The notes beneath the pieces were generated by a model, which was not told the DNA's origin, searched no databases, and saw only the letters and a list, made by a program, of their open reading frames with translations. A DNA stretch of 63,083 nt, the filler included, from Choristocarpus tenellus KU-1152 (Eukaryota; Protista; Phaeophyceae), in assembly GCA_964200185.2 (NCBI GenBank). It is 13 parts of 13 records of this genome, joined end to end, with 100 filler letters (N's around TTAATTAATTAA, not from the genome) between each part and the next. Parts side by side here need not be neighbours in the genome. Positions count along the whole stretch, not along the records: positions 39,982 to 43,316 come from CAXNAD020020733.1; positions 43,417 to 47,327 come from CAXNAD020017204.1; positions 47,428 to 51,169 come from CAXNAD020018199.1; positions 51,270 to 59,756 come from CAXNAD020004658.1; 9 more parts are not named here. One strand, written 5' to 3'. The position numbers and the translations under genes are program-made. Shown piece by piece: positions 40,036 through 51,624 of the stretch (positions within the stretch are counted from its first letter, which is position 1; each line of letters begins with the position of its first letter).

Positions 40036-42281
40036 CTGCAAGAAAATGGGGGGAAGGTTGACAAGGTGGTCCCTCAAGAACGCCTCCCTGGCAAGAATCT
40101 CCGAGGAACGCAGGGCGGAAACAGACTCACACGCCTCCGATAGATGATCCTCAAACACCTTGGAGGTAAATAATAATAAAAAAGAAGAGACAAATCCACC
40201 AATGGGAAGCCGTGGCAGTTCTTAGGGGGGATATATGGGTTAGGGTTGATTCGATGCATGCGCACTTGCTCGCCATGATTTGTTGTTATTGTTATCGTTA
40301 TTGTTATTGTTATTTTCTTTATTATTCTTATTATTTTTGTTGAACACCTCGCACGAGAAGAAAAAAGAAAAAGAAATATATATTTTTTGTTTACTTGAGG
40401 AATAATTACAATTATTCTTGTTTGGTGTGAAACGTATCAATATAAAAGATTTAAAAAAAAAACGATGGGAGGAACGACCGACCGTCGTCTGTCTCTAAAC
40501 GCTCTCCTCTTGCTCGGCAATAAAATAAAATAAAATAATAATAACTACACATTTACCTTACAGTTCAAACGAAGAACAAGCTAAGTGACAGCAACACCCC
40601 CCCTCCCCCAACTTGTCCACATCCTTGGAAAACACCCACTACAAACATCTTCATCTTCCCCCCTCCCTCTGTTCAGAGCCAATTCGCGTAGCTAACGTTT
40701 TCGGCACTGATGCTAATAACTAATCAAAGGAACTACTACTCTATTCTTGGTAACCAAAACCCCCTCTCCCCTAGGTCGTGACAACACACAACACACAAAC
40801 TATTTGGTCAATTTCCGTCACTGGCAACAAAAAAAAAGTAGGTACGGATACCAACCTCTGAGAGTTCATTGAAATTGGCAAGGCGGTGCCAGCAAGTGTA
40901 TGTACTGACATAAACACTTAACAGCTTGAAATACAACCTTACCATACAAATGGGAACAGTCCAGACACCATATGATATGGTTAATGTATGTATATACATT
41001 ATATCGTACTGTAGAAAAGGGCATGGATGGGGTAGGATGCAAGGTATACACCAAAATATATGCTGAGAAATAAAAAACAACAACAAAGCTTTAGACCTGA
41101 ACACTAGACAATATGCACGAGCAGGTACTATGAACAGTGGTTCATTTCAGAGCGATGCTATACAAGGATAAACTTCTGGGCATGCCTTTGGAACGTTCTT
41201 CTTAACTCCCTGCGACTTGGCTCCGAAAGAGCACTCCGTAACAATATTTCTTTTTCTTTTCTTTTTTTCACGCGTCAGAAGAGCACGAGCGTTCAGCTCA
41301 CCGATTGGTAGTTCTTGCGCCGAGTCACCTCCATCAAGAACGCCTGATAGGCAGCGGGCATCCTAGAAACCTTACCCAGGTGATAGAACTGCGCCTCCTG
41401 CACACAAGCAATACCATCGATTGAAAAAAACAAAAACATTTAAAATGAACCGCGCCCGCAAGACACCAGCACGGAAAAAATGTAAGAAATAGTTTAAATC
41501 CAACAAGAAGGTCAGAAAAACAAAAGGTGATGTAGGGGGGGGGGGGGTACAGCAATAAGACACCACCGTCCATGCCACACGCCACACTACACCAAACAAA
41601 AAAAAAGGAAATAGAAAAAAAAAGTTGGGACGATTCAAACATCACTAGTCACGCTACAAGGTCAAAGCGTTCCTTCCCTAACCCTAACCCTAACCCTAAC
41701 CATATGCACTTCCGGCGATGGAGTGCAAACGGGACTGATGCGAATAGGAACTTTTCTGCACAGGGGGGTGGGGGGGGGGGGGGGAGGGGGAGGGGAAGGG
41801 TTATTGCAGAGCGAACCACGGTACCAATCATAGTAAAAAAAGAAAAGAAAAGAGTATTAGGATCGAATCAGAGATTCTGAGGTCGAATCAGGGATTCCCA
41901 TTCCCGCCGAGTAGGTATTGCGGGGGGGAGATGGACGGGGATCGATACGACAGATACAAAAAAAAGGTATACCTCCAATAATGTACATATAAAACAAAAA
42001 AATCATTTGTATACTGTACGGCGGTATGCGTTCAATTCATCATAACATAATCATAGTGTTCTCTCACAACCAGTAGGTAGGTAAATAGGTAGGTAGGTAG
42101 GTAGGTAGGTAGGTAGGTAGTCATGCTGTTCCACCAACCGCATCAAATTCTTAGGGTTAGGGTTAGGGTTAGGGATGATGTTGCTGATCTACACACGGGT
42201 GTGGCGGCACTGGCTCTTTGTGGTGTGCTAACTTAACTACCTGTGGAAAAAGACTCAAGTGGTTTGCTAGACAGTCATCTA

Positions 42282-42321
<40 letters not shown>

Positions 42322-43074
42322 AATCAATATTTTTGTATTTTCCTACTGCCTTAGGATTCCTCAATGTGGCATTGGCAATTTAGTCGAGTGCCATGATTCC
42401 CTTCTCGTTCCAATAGAGCCAGCTCCTCACACAAAATCCCAACTTGAATTGAATTGAATTGAATTGAATCAATTCAATTCAATTCAATTCAGTTCAGTTC
42501 AGTTCAACAACGCCACAGTACAGTCGTACTCAACTTGAAAAAAAAAGAAAAGTTCTGAGCAGTGTCAGTTCTGCATCGGTACCACAACAAGATACAGGGA
42601 GGCAGGCACAAAGCCATACCCCTAAAACTTCAAACCGACAAAAACCTGAACTTTATCTCACCCCTTCGAGTACACAACCCTAACCCTAACCCTAAATAAA
42701 ACTTAAAAAAAAATGAAACATCAAACAACCTCTCTCTCTCTCTCCAGCGAACCCATCACAAATTTTTAAAAAAGAGAAGAAAATTAGGGTTAGGGTTTTC
42801 AGTCGATGCGTACACAGTCCAACAACAAAAAAGAAAAAACTATTTATTCATTATTATTGTTACGTGGAATCTCCATTATTATTATTATTATTATTATTGT
42901 CACCCTCTCTCGCCGGATGACAAAGGTACATTAACTTCTTGCCAAATCTGTCGACCACCAGATTTTTACCAGATTTTTACCAGATTATTACCGGAATACC
43001 TTGGTGCTCCCCTGAGAACTATACATACTTCCATTTAAAAACATTGACCTATTGCCCCCCCCCCCCCCCCCCCC

Positions 43075-43112
<38 letters not shown>

Positions 43113-43265
43113 ACTCCAGGTACCTCTTACCTTCTGCTCCCTGGCCTTGCTGAGCAGTAGCTGGTGCCTTTGAATAGCACCGATCTTCGTCTGCAAAACT
43201 GAGACCTCGCGGAGGTGATGCCTCAGAGACCTCTGCATTGATACCCCCGATTTGCCCACCTCGTC
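40036..43265 (-). CDS. ATG11: Autophagy-related protein 11 / RB1CC1(FIP200)-like, internal fragment
   Basis: Phase-0 exons 43265-43131, 41397-41302, 40158-40036 give ...LREVSVLQTKI...FYHLGKVSRMPAAYQAFLMEVTRRKNYQSVFEDHLSEACESVSALRSSEILAREAFLRDHLVNLPP, matching the Atg11/Atg17-like 'P.AY.A.L.EV.RRK ... E..RRE.FL' pattern from memory. Confidence 0.82.
41676..42797. repeat. Cluster of interstitial telomere-type repeats and microsatellites in ATG11 intron
   Basis: (CCCTAA)4 41676-41700, (AGGT)n ~42075-42120, (TTAGGG)4 42151-42174, (ATCT)n ~42277-42321, (TTGAA)n/(TTCAA)n 42444-42507, (CCCTAA)3 ~42676-42695, (TTAGGG)2 42784-42797. Confidence 0.95.
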
Positions 43266-43416
43266 CTTTTTCACAGAGCAATGAGAAGGGGGAGGAGAGG
43301 GGGGGGGGGGGGGGGGNNNNNNNNNNNNNNNNNNNNNNNNNNNNNNNNNNNNNNNNNNNNTTAATTAATTAANNNNNNNNNNNNNNNNNNNNNNNNNNNN
43401 NNNNNNNNNNNNNNNN

Positions 43417-46400
43417 GGAACCTCCGGCAAAGAAGAAAAAAAGGGAGGGAGTAGGGGACGAGCAAGAATTCCTGAAGGAGGGCGGGCCAGTTGCAGGCGA
43501 GTGGGCTAGCTAGGAGAGAACACTAAGAACAGTGACTAAGGTGTGAGGTTTGGAGGTGAAGGTGACTCACAGCAAGGGGATGAGCAGGAACGGGGCGGAA
43601 GAGAATGAAGGAGGGGAGGAGGATACAATCGCCGAGGGCATGGTGATGGACTTGCTCCGGGACTGGGCACATGAGGTCCAGGCACTATTGCAGGAAGCGA
43701 GGATGCCGTTGAGAGTGGTTCGAGGGACTCTCTCTGTTGAGTACAACACGGGTGATGTTGTTGTTATTATTGTTATTGCTATTGTTGTTGTTGTTGAGCG
43801 AGCAAACAGAGTATCAGGACAAATGGCGTGGGCATCCTTACACAGTCAGATACTTTTGTGCAGCAGATGGTGATGGCGTCGTTGAGGGCAGAAGCGCCTC
43901 ATGCGGTCCAAGTAAATGACAAAACGCGGGATGAGTGAGGTTAGTTGTTCTGGGATGAGTGAGGTCAGTTGTTCTGGGATGAGTGAGGTTAATTGTTCTG
44001 CAAAGGTTGTACCTTCGTGGGACCATCTTTCTTGATGGGGGAGACGTGACTCCTGGAAGACACCCCAGATGAGTGGGAGCCAGGCCAGGCACCAGATGGT
44101 GACAACGGCGGGGTTTGGTGTTGAATATTTCAAAGTCTCTTATCTCTCTGGGAATGCCTGCAAGTGAGATCAGGGTACGATGAGATGTGGATCAGCAGTT
44201 TTTACTGATAGTGCAAGCATTGTAGAATTTTTTATTTAGGTTAGTGAAGGGGATGCATGGCACGGGATAGATTGGGAGACCTCCTGATGAACGAACATAT
44301 AACATCGCAGCCAAGAATTGTCCAAAACCATGTTGAAGTACTGTGAGGCTCTTTCAACAGAGACCACTGAGACAGGGGATATGGTCAATGGTGAGCCTCG
44401 AAACGGAATCAATCAGCCCCTCACCTGAAGATCCCGCGTGGTTCAATTGCTTACCTTCCCATTGATCACACTCCTGTCCCGGTGGTCTGTGTGGAAGGTC
44501 TCAAAGTATTCTGACATGAACGATGCTTGACGTTGATGTCGAATGCCAGGATGGCCCCCAGTGTTTCTCGTGTCTCACCATCTCCTTCATAGCCTGCAAG
44601 AAATTCTCCACTTCTTGCACTGGCAGCGAAAATCGACGATCTACCCACAAGAACCTCCCCCTGGAACACCAAGATTGCGTTACTGATGGTAAATGGAAAT
44701 TGAAGAGATTTCTGTTTACCATCAGGTATAAGGAATGCAGCTTTTCCACGTTCTTCCTCCATCCGTTGTTGGTATTCTCCGAGCAGGTGATTGAATATCC
44801 ATACAGCTCAAGAGATTTGGTGTCTTGGCAAGGAAAGGGCTGGTGAGGCGGGCAAGCATTCCCTCGGATGCTGTATAGTATCAGGGCAGTCTTCCATGTG
44901 CTGCAGTATTGACCAAGACCAACAGATGTTTGTTGAGTGTATGCCTCTTGCCACAGTAGAAACGTTGTGATCCAACCGCTTTGACTACAGCCGTGAATGG
45001 TGGTAACCATGGACTAGTGGACAAATGAACTTCCCCTTGATATTCAATGTCTCTATTGCGCTTTGTGAAGGGCATCACAGACTAGAGGGAGTACTCGATC
45101 TGGGACGCAATGGACCGGATGTATCCCTAGTTTGAGGGGAAATACAGCAGCAGTAGTTGTAGTACGTTCGCCTAGTCTTGTTTCGAAGGGTGAAATCTGG
45201 TTTGTGTTTCACAAAAGACATCATCCAGTATCTCCTATTTCACTTGTCGAAATGTTGAGTGCCTGGTGATGTGGGTACGAATGCTTTGCTAAGTTCCTCA
45301 CGCGTGTAATGAAGATCGCTTTGCACCGATGACCTGCCTAGTCCCTGAGAAAATCGCGTTCTGTAAACTAGATGTCAATGAGGAGGACTGTGTGGAACAG
45401 TTAATAATCCGACCTTCGGCTTCCCACCAGCGAGGTTTTGCCTAGTCCACTACCCTCAACCGTTACTTTCATTACATTGGGAAATACGCATGTGTAGACA
45501 ATTCTGTAACGATATTTGATTTGCCAATAGGATACACTCTGAAACCACGAGGAAACCACTGCCGACTTGTGACATCTCAAGCTTGCAGGCTCACAGTTTG
45601 CAGGCTTACGGTGTTGGAGTGGATCGCATCAGACAATCAATGTACTTCAAGGAGTGAGAACTATGTGTAGGGGGTTTCTGCAAGCATGGACTGGCGTTCC
45701 CACCTGGTTGAGGCCCTGCAAGACACTCTTGCCTGCCCGCCAAGCAGTTGAGAATTTTCGAACCCTAACCCTAACCCTTACACCGTTGGTAAAAAATAAA
45801 TAAAAAATAAAAAATGGCTGGATGAGGATTTTGTAGAAGTTGCCATTACAGAATCAAAGTCTAAACATGTCCCCGTATCTCCAGGCAGATTTCCGGGGGG
45901 TGAGGTCGGTCTTTGCTCTAGAGCGTGCTGGAGGGCAGAGATAAAGGAGTCAAAGGACTTGAATCCGCTATCCCACGATCCGTGTGGGTCAAGCCCTGTC
46001 ATGAACGAGACGAACCCAGGGAGTCAAGAGAGAGAGCTTCTGTGTGTATTTTAACGATTCAGGGAGAGTTAGTTCTCAGTCTAAAGGGGAGTAGTACCTG
46101 ATCCATGCAGTCTTCCCCATCATCTAGTTTGTGTCTGTCCTGTGCATCCACCAAAAGAGTCATGTTGACCCTCGGGAGATGGTGTAATTTTCGATCATAT
46201 CTGAGGTAAGGAGATGTCCTGCTGCGACTTGGTTATCTGAATGCGGGTGATGATGACAGCTGCCCGGGTGGTGGCTGTCAAGGACAGCGGCGAGGAGATA
46301 AAGAAGAGGAACTGAAGCGAGGGCTAGCCACGGCTGATGGCCAGGACAACCAACCTCAAAGGCGGTGCATGCAGACGGACGGCCGAGGGTTGCGATGACA

Positions 46401-46750
46401 AGCCCAGACAGACAGAATCAGAATGCAAGAGGTTTGGGTCAAGTCCGACGCTTGAGTTGGAACGATTGACAACACGGCCTGAACAATGAGAATTGCTCGA
46501 GAGAGGGGTATCAGTCGGATAAGAGTCAGTTGAGATGACACCCGAAAGGGGCTATGATATGAACCTGTGAAAGATTTTGGCAACAGCTGGAGGTCGGTTG
46601 AATGGCCGGAGTGGGTGCGTGAGTGGGAGGATCCTCGGCGACAATCTCAGCCAGGTGTTTTTTTCGTACTAGAGGTGTCCTCAGAATTGGCAATCTGGAG
46701 AGACCCTTGGTGAAACTCCTATACCCCTGAGCTACTACCCAGCTAGCCTT
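43417..46750 (-). mobile_element. Degenerate Ty3/gypsy LTR-retrotransposon internal region
   Basis: Minus-strand KAAFLIPDGKQKSLQFPFTISNAILVFQ (gypsy RT KTAF.TP.G.YEF..MPFGL.NAP..FQ) at ~44745-44660, then RNase H-like and integrase-Zn-finger-like (VLS*LAHSPATG, ~43500) remains in RT-RH-INT order; many stops; outer boundary approximate; no LTRs seen. Confidence 0.7.
43928..43999 (+). repeat. 24-bp tandem repeat x3
   Basis: GGGATGAGTGAGGTTAGTTGTTCT-like unit. Confidence 0.85.
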
Positions 46751-47061
46751 GTAACCGCCAAGGCTCTACATGATTATTTTGTCATGACGAAGATGGTTTT
46801 TTGCTAGGTATAGATAGATAGATAAATAGAGCCAAGACTCCAGATGATTGAGATGTGCCATCAGAGGTGCCCCTCAGACCTGGTCTCCGTATTGCTAGTA
46901 TTACTACTATTTTTGCGCACTGCCTCTGATTGGAAGGGGTATGGGAGACGGGGGTTAATGGGGAAAAAAAAAGCCCAAGGGACTTTTTCAAAGAAGTTAT
47001 TCGAAATACGCACGCTGAAGGGCTACCCTCGTCGTTGCAGCGGTGTCTTCTTTGAGGATGG

Positions 47062-47139
47062 GTCAGTACCTTCATCCCTTCATGGGGAAGTACCTTCATC
47101 CCTTCATGGGTCAATACCTTCATCCCTTCATGGGGAAGT
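47062..47139 (+). repeat. 24-bp tandem repeat x3
   Basis: ...TACCTTCATCCCTTCATGGG unit. Confidence 0.85.
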
Positions 47140-47206
47140 GGTCAGTGCCTTCGTGCACCTTGTAACCCAACATGAAGGTCAAGTGAGCAAGAAGGTGGCT
47201 ACCTTT

Positions 47207-47250
47207 GGCTCAAAGTATCTGGGGGAAGGGGAGGGGGGGGGGGGGGGGGG
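47207..47250 (+). mobile_element. MITE family 2 left terminus near contig end
   Basis: GGCTCAAAGTATCTGGGGG followed by a poly-G run. Confidence 0.65.
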
Positions 47251-47427
47251 CAAGAGAACAAAAGCGGGGGACAATTGGGAGCCGAGACGGAAAAGGAAAC
47301 TCAATATCAACAAAAAAAATAGAAAAANNNNNNNNNNNNNNNNNNNNNNNNNNNNNNNNNNNNNNNNNNNNTTAATTAATTAANNNNNNNNNNNNNNNNN
47401 NNNNNNNNNNNNNNNNNNNNNNNNNNN

Positions 47428-47531
47428 TGACACTCCCTAGCTAACACGATAGCCAAAATTACATCAAAATCGCAATATTGGTTTTTGATCTCCAAATGGG
47501 CACGGCTCTACCCTCTAAGATACTTTGGCTC
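47428..47531 (-). mobile_element. MITE family 1, partial copy at contig start
   Basis: Reverse complement of the family-1 left end, ending CTCTACCCTCTAAGATACTTTGGCTC. Confidence 0.85.
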
Positions 47532-48656
47532 TAACCTAAACCACTGTAGATATTTTTATTGGGGTACATGGATCTGCCCTCAGCATCGATATTATTTGAG
47601 GAAATCGATTTTTAACCAACAGTAATGTTTTAACGTCGACTTGTTATGAGTCGTGACTATTGATGCCTTATACCTGTTGTGTGTTGCTTTTGACCGTGAC
47701 GTAGTTGAGGAAACCTAGTAACTCCGTGAGCCCTACATAGTATAATATTCTCGATTTGCAATGGAAACCCCACAACAGAAAAATCAAAGAGAATGGGTAG
47801 AGAATTGCATCTTATTTTTTAAATGTATAATCAAGTTAGAAACTTGTGTTCATCGTCAAGTGGTTGTAATTCATTTTCGTGTGCAATGAGCCCTGTTTCT
47901 CCCCAACTAAGACAAAATGTTTGTGACTGTGCAAAATCCATACGAAGAAACAATTTCAAACACTAGAAAGACCCATAGAGAGGAACAGAGGTTGGTAAAG
48001 CTGCATTTTAAGGGTCCCCAGAATGGACAAAAGACAGGGGGGTTTACCATTCTGGAAAGTGGTTTTGTTGAATTGTGGTGTCATTTTGTGTGTGGAAAGG
48101 GGGAATACCAATTTTGCGAGTACACACATTTGTGCGAATAGAGCAATGGGATAGGGTATATTGCACCTGGGTTACCAAAATGGCTTAGAATGCAAAAAAG
48201 GGTCAAAACCTGCCTACCTCTCAACTACTTTTACTCTATTAGTGTTGAAAAATAATGCCAAAAGCACAGAAAATTTACCCTAGCAAGTATGCAGGCATTC
48301 CTAACAAGCATCTCCCTTTTTCCCTTACAACCACTATACGGTATGTTGAAGAAGTACAAGGCATCACTTTAGGGTATAGATGTATTGAATATGTTTATTA
48401 GACCCTATACATTCAAACGGAAACCTTACGGATTTTCCCTAGGATATAGATATTTCGATCGAAATAATTAACAAGTAGCAATTATGGGGGCATACACGCA
48501 TACACACAGATGCAGTCCATTATTTTCAGAGATATAAGTTATTCTCGATCAGCGAAAAGTTTACAAGGGGTTAATACAGCTTGGATATACATTTTCTAGA
48601 TATGCATATATCACAATCAGATTCAGTAAATTCATTGACACAATATATATTACTTG

Positions 48657-50425
48657 CTCCCTCTGTACCATAGGTCTGTGCCATTAAGTCGTAGGTCTTG
48701 GAGATGACCTCCGATTACAACAAAGAATTTTGCGTTGAATTCCTTAGAATATTCTATGTTAAATCATTTGTCTTGCCTTCACTCGACACCATCAATCCAT
48801 TAATCCAGTGCTGCGTTGTAGGCGACTCAGCCTACTTTGAACGCTCTAGTCAACTCGCCTTCCTGCTGCCTTTTCTTGGTCCCTGTGTGCTCTACCTCGA
48901 AATGGTTCCCCCCCAGCGCTCTTAACATCTGTTTGTACCTCTTAGCACACTGTGGCACACCCTCTCAAGCGTGTTTGCGTCATACGCATGGAGCATGTTC
49001 TTCACAAGGTCATCAATGGTGTTGTAATGCTCCGCTCAAACCCAGCTCTTCAAGGATACGAAACCCCCCAAATCGTTGATGTTGAGATCCGGCAATGTGT
49101 TAGCTGCGTCACAAGCTTACTTTCCCATCTTTCCTCCCTTCCTGCAGCACTCAACTTCTGCACCGGGCCTTTGCCCGTATGTAGGTTGCGCCATCTTGCT
49201 GTACGACCTCCCCCCTCGATTCCAGCCACGATTTTTTTCCTTGATTGCTGTCAACAGGTGCTCCGTGTACCATTCCCACTCAGCATCAACGACGGCGTCG
49301 ACCTCATACTCCTCGTCGTTTGTGCTTCGCTCTGCAGTCCTTTGCTCCTCCTTCATATCACAAACTCGCCTGACCCCGACCTTGCCGTTGAAATCACGGG
49401 AAGGATCCGGGCATGAAATGGTAGCGATGAACATTACTTTGGGAATGTGCCTCTTGTGCTGCAGCTTTGTTGATCCCGCCTATTCCTCTCCCAATGTGGA
49501 TGAGGTAGAATCACGCCTTGCCGATATGAATCGTGTTGAGGCCAGTCCTGTACATTTTGCAGTTGTGGGAGACTTGATCGAGGATGAAGTCCATCCAGTC
49601 CTTCTTGTGAGAAATGGAAAAGCTAAGAGTGATGCGCCGCCGAACCCTGGTTGCTCCCATGGCATGGAGCCAGCACTGAAGTTTTGAGCTGCTGACTGTG
49701 AGGCCTGCTTCAGCAAGCTTGACGGAAAGTTGGTTGAGAGCCAGTGTGCGATTACGGCCGGTGATTTCCCGGATCCTCGATTGTTTCACTGGCGTAAAGT
49801 CTGACGGACGGCTAGATCGTAGTTGTGGATTCAGGGAGACAGTATTCCCACTGTCTAGTTGTTCTTTCACGCTCGCCCACAACAGTGTAGGGTATCTCTC
49901 TCCCACTCCAACCTCTTCGCCCAATTTAGGCCCCACAATCCTCGGGAGCCTCTAGTGACCTGGAGGAAGAGCCAGTGCGTAATGCAGAGCAAGTGAGGTC
50001 TGACCTTCCTCAGTTAGCTTGCAGTTATTTCCACCAACCGGTGGGTTTTGCCCTGGATCAACGAGCTCTTGGGGCTCGCCATAGGGGTTGTACGCGTGCT
50101 GTTTGCTAGTAGACTGGCTCTGTGTCCCCTTGCTGTTGATGCGGAGGGCTGCTGGAGATGTATGCGCTCAAGTGCTTACCGTCGGGATTGTAAAAGTAGT
50201 GTGCGGCTCCACCCTGCACCAGGACCATTACAAAATGAGCCGAATATTCCCCATTCTGTTTCCATTATTTCAGTACCGTTTCAGAACGTCGTTCTTGCAG
50301 AATTCTTCGATTTTTTGTTTTAATGTGGAATATTCCCAGGAATCCAACACAAAAATCCATTTTATAATTGGAGGTCATCTCGAAGAGCTACAACTTAACG
50401 GCACAGACATATGGAACAGAGGGAG
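48657..50425 (-). mobile_element. Tc1/mariner transposon of the plant-type (DD39D-like) group, full length, transposase pseudogenised
   Basis: ~110-bp TIRs starting CTCCCTCTGT(A/T)CCATA at 48657 and 50425 (TA after right end, TG before left). Frameshifted transposase motifs on minus strand: IHIGKA*FY (HIDEKWFY), MFIATISCP..FNGKVG, VVQQDGA, PDLNINDLG, TIDDLV, GGNHF. Confidence 0.92.
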
Positions 50426-50553
50426 TATATTAAAAGTGTGTGAGGGTGTGGAGGGAATATATAAAATAATGGGGAAAAGGAGGGGAGATGAGGGATTGAG
50501 GGTGATGTGGGATGTAAGGAAGTTAGTCTCCAGCAAAGTTTACTGCTAGGTCT

Positions 50554-50730
50554 TGCTCAAAGTATCTGGGGGTGGTGGTGGCTGTCCATTTGGTTCAATT
50601 TTTTCATGTCCCGGTTTTTGTGTAATTTGGTTGCATACGTGGGATGGATAATGTAAGTGCACTTTTCCTGGATATAACCCAAATGGACACCTTGGCGTAG
50701 ACTCCCCCTCCTCCCCAGATATTTGGGGTC
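50554..50730 (-). mobile_element. MITE family 2, full but diverged copy
   Basis: Reverse-complement match to 56723-56900 across its length (GGATGGATAATGTAAGTGCACTTTTCCTG core). Confidence 0.85.
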
Positions 50731-50984
50731 TCTAGATCCCAGTGTTTCTATTGCATGAGGTGACCTACCTTTTTGGAGTAATAACAAGAAAAAAATAAAC
50801 AGCACTAGACAATGCTTCAACAAATGGGGTGGGAGGGGTGATAAGGGGGATAAAAATATACGGTACTAGTGTTCTCTAAGTACAGTAGGTTACCCGATTT
50901 TGTCCACCCATGGGCATGCCCGAAAAAAACGGAACAATATTGATGTGGCACAAAATCGTATTTTATATCACTTGGTACAAAACC

Positions 50985-51149
50985 GGGAAATCAATCGTGG
51001 AATCGACTAATTAATTATGGTGAGCTGGGAAATCAATCATCGAAGCGACTGATTAATCGTGGTGAGCTGGGAAATCAATTGTGGAATCGACTAATTAATC
51101 GTGGTGAGCTGGAAAATCAATCGTGGAATTGACTAATTAATCGTGGTGA
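50985..51149 (+). repeat. 42-bp tandem repeat x~4, interrupted by a MITE terminus at 51150
   Basis: GGGAAATCAATCGTGGAATCGACTAATTAATCGTGGTGAGCT unit; fourth unit runs into GGCTCAAAGTACCTTGG. Confidence 0.93.
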
Positions 51150-51624
51150 GGCTCAAAGTACCTTGGAGGNNNNNNNNNNNNNNNNNNNNNNNNNNNNNNN
51201 NNNNNNNNNNNNNTTAATTAATTAANNNNNNNNNNNNNNNNNNNNNNNNNNNNNNNNNNNNNNNNNNNNAACAGCTTGTGTTGTGGGTTGCACCTACAAA
51301 TGTCTTGTATCGGAAAGGTCAATCTCTACAACACATCTCATACACTCTTTGCCAGAAGACGCACCAAACGTTCAAAACACAGAAATGCTTAAAAAACATT
51401 TCTTAGGCATCCATGTACAAACACCTCTCTAAGAAGACTATGTACAGTGTACTTCAGACCTCTCTAAAACAAGTCACCCAATCTCTGTCACAAACCCCTC
51501 ACAACAAACTAGGACTAAACATGTTACCACTACTAATGCTCTAACAACTCACAAAATGGGACAATGGCGATTACTGAAGCAACCACATCAAGATAACGTA
51601 ATATCACCCACAGGCACACACAAA

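Noticed and set aside
43055-43112. Long poly-C/poly-G runs (also 13-48, 19963-19986, 63001-63022) as G-quadruplex elements or poly-Pro/Gly exons
   Set aside because: Intronic homopolymers of unreliable length, often near contig ends; no specific evidence of function.
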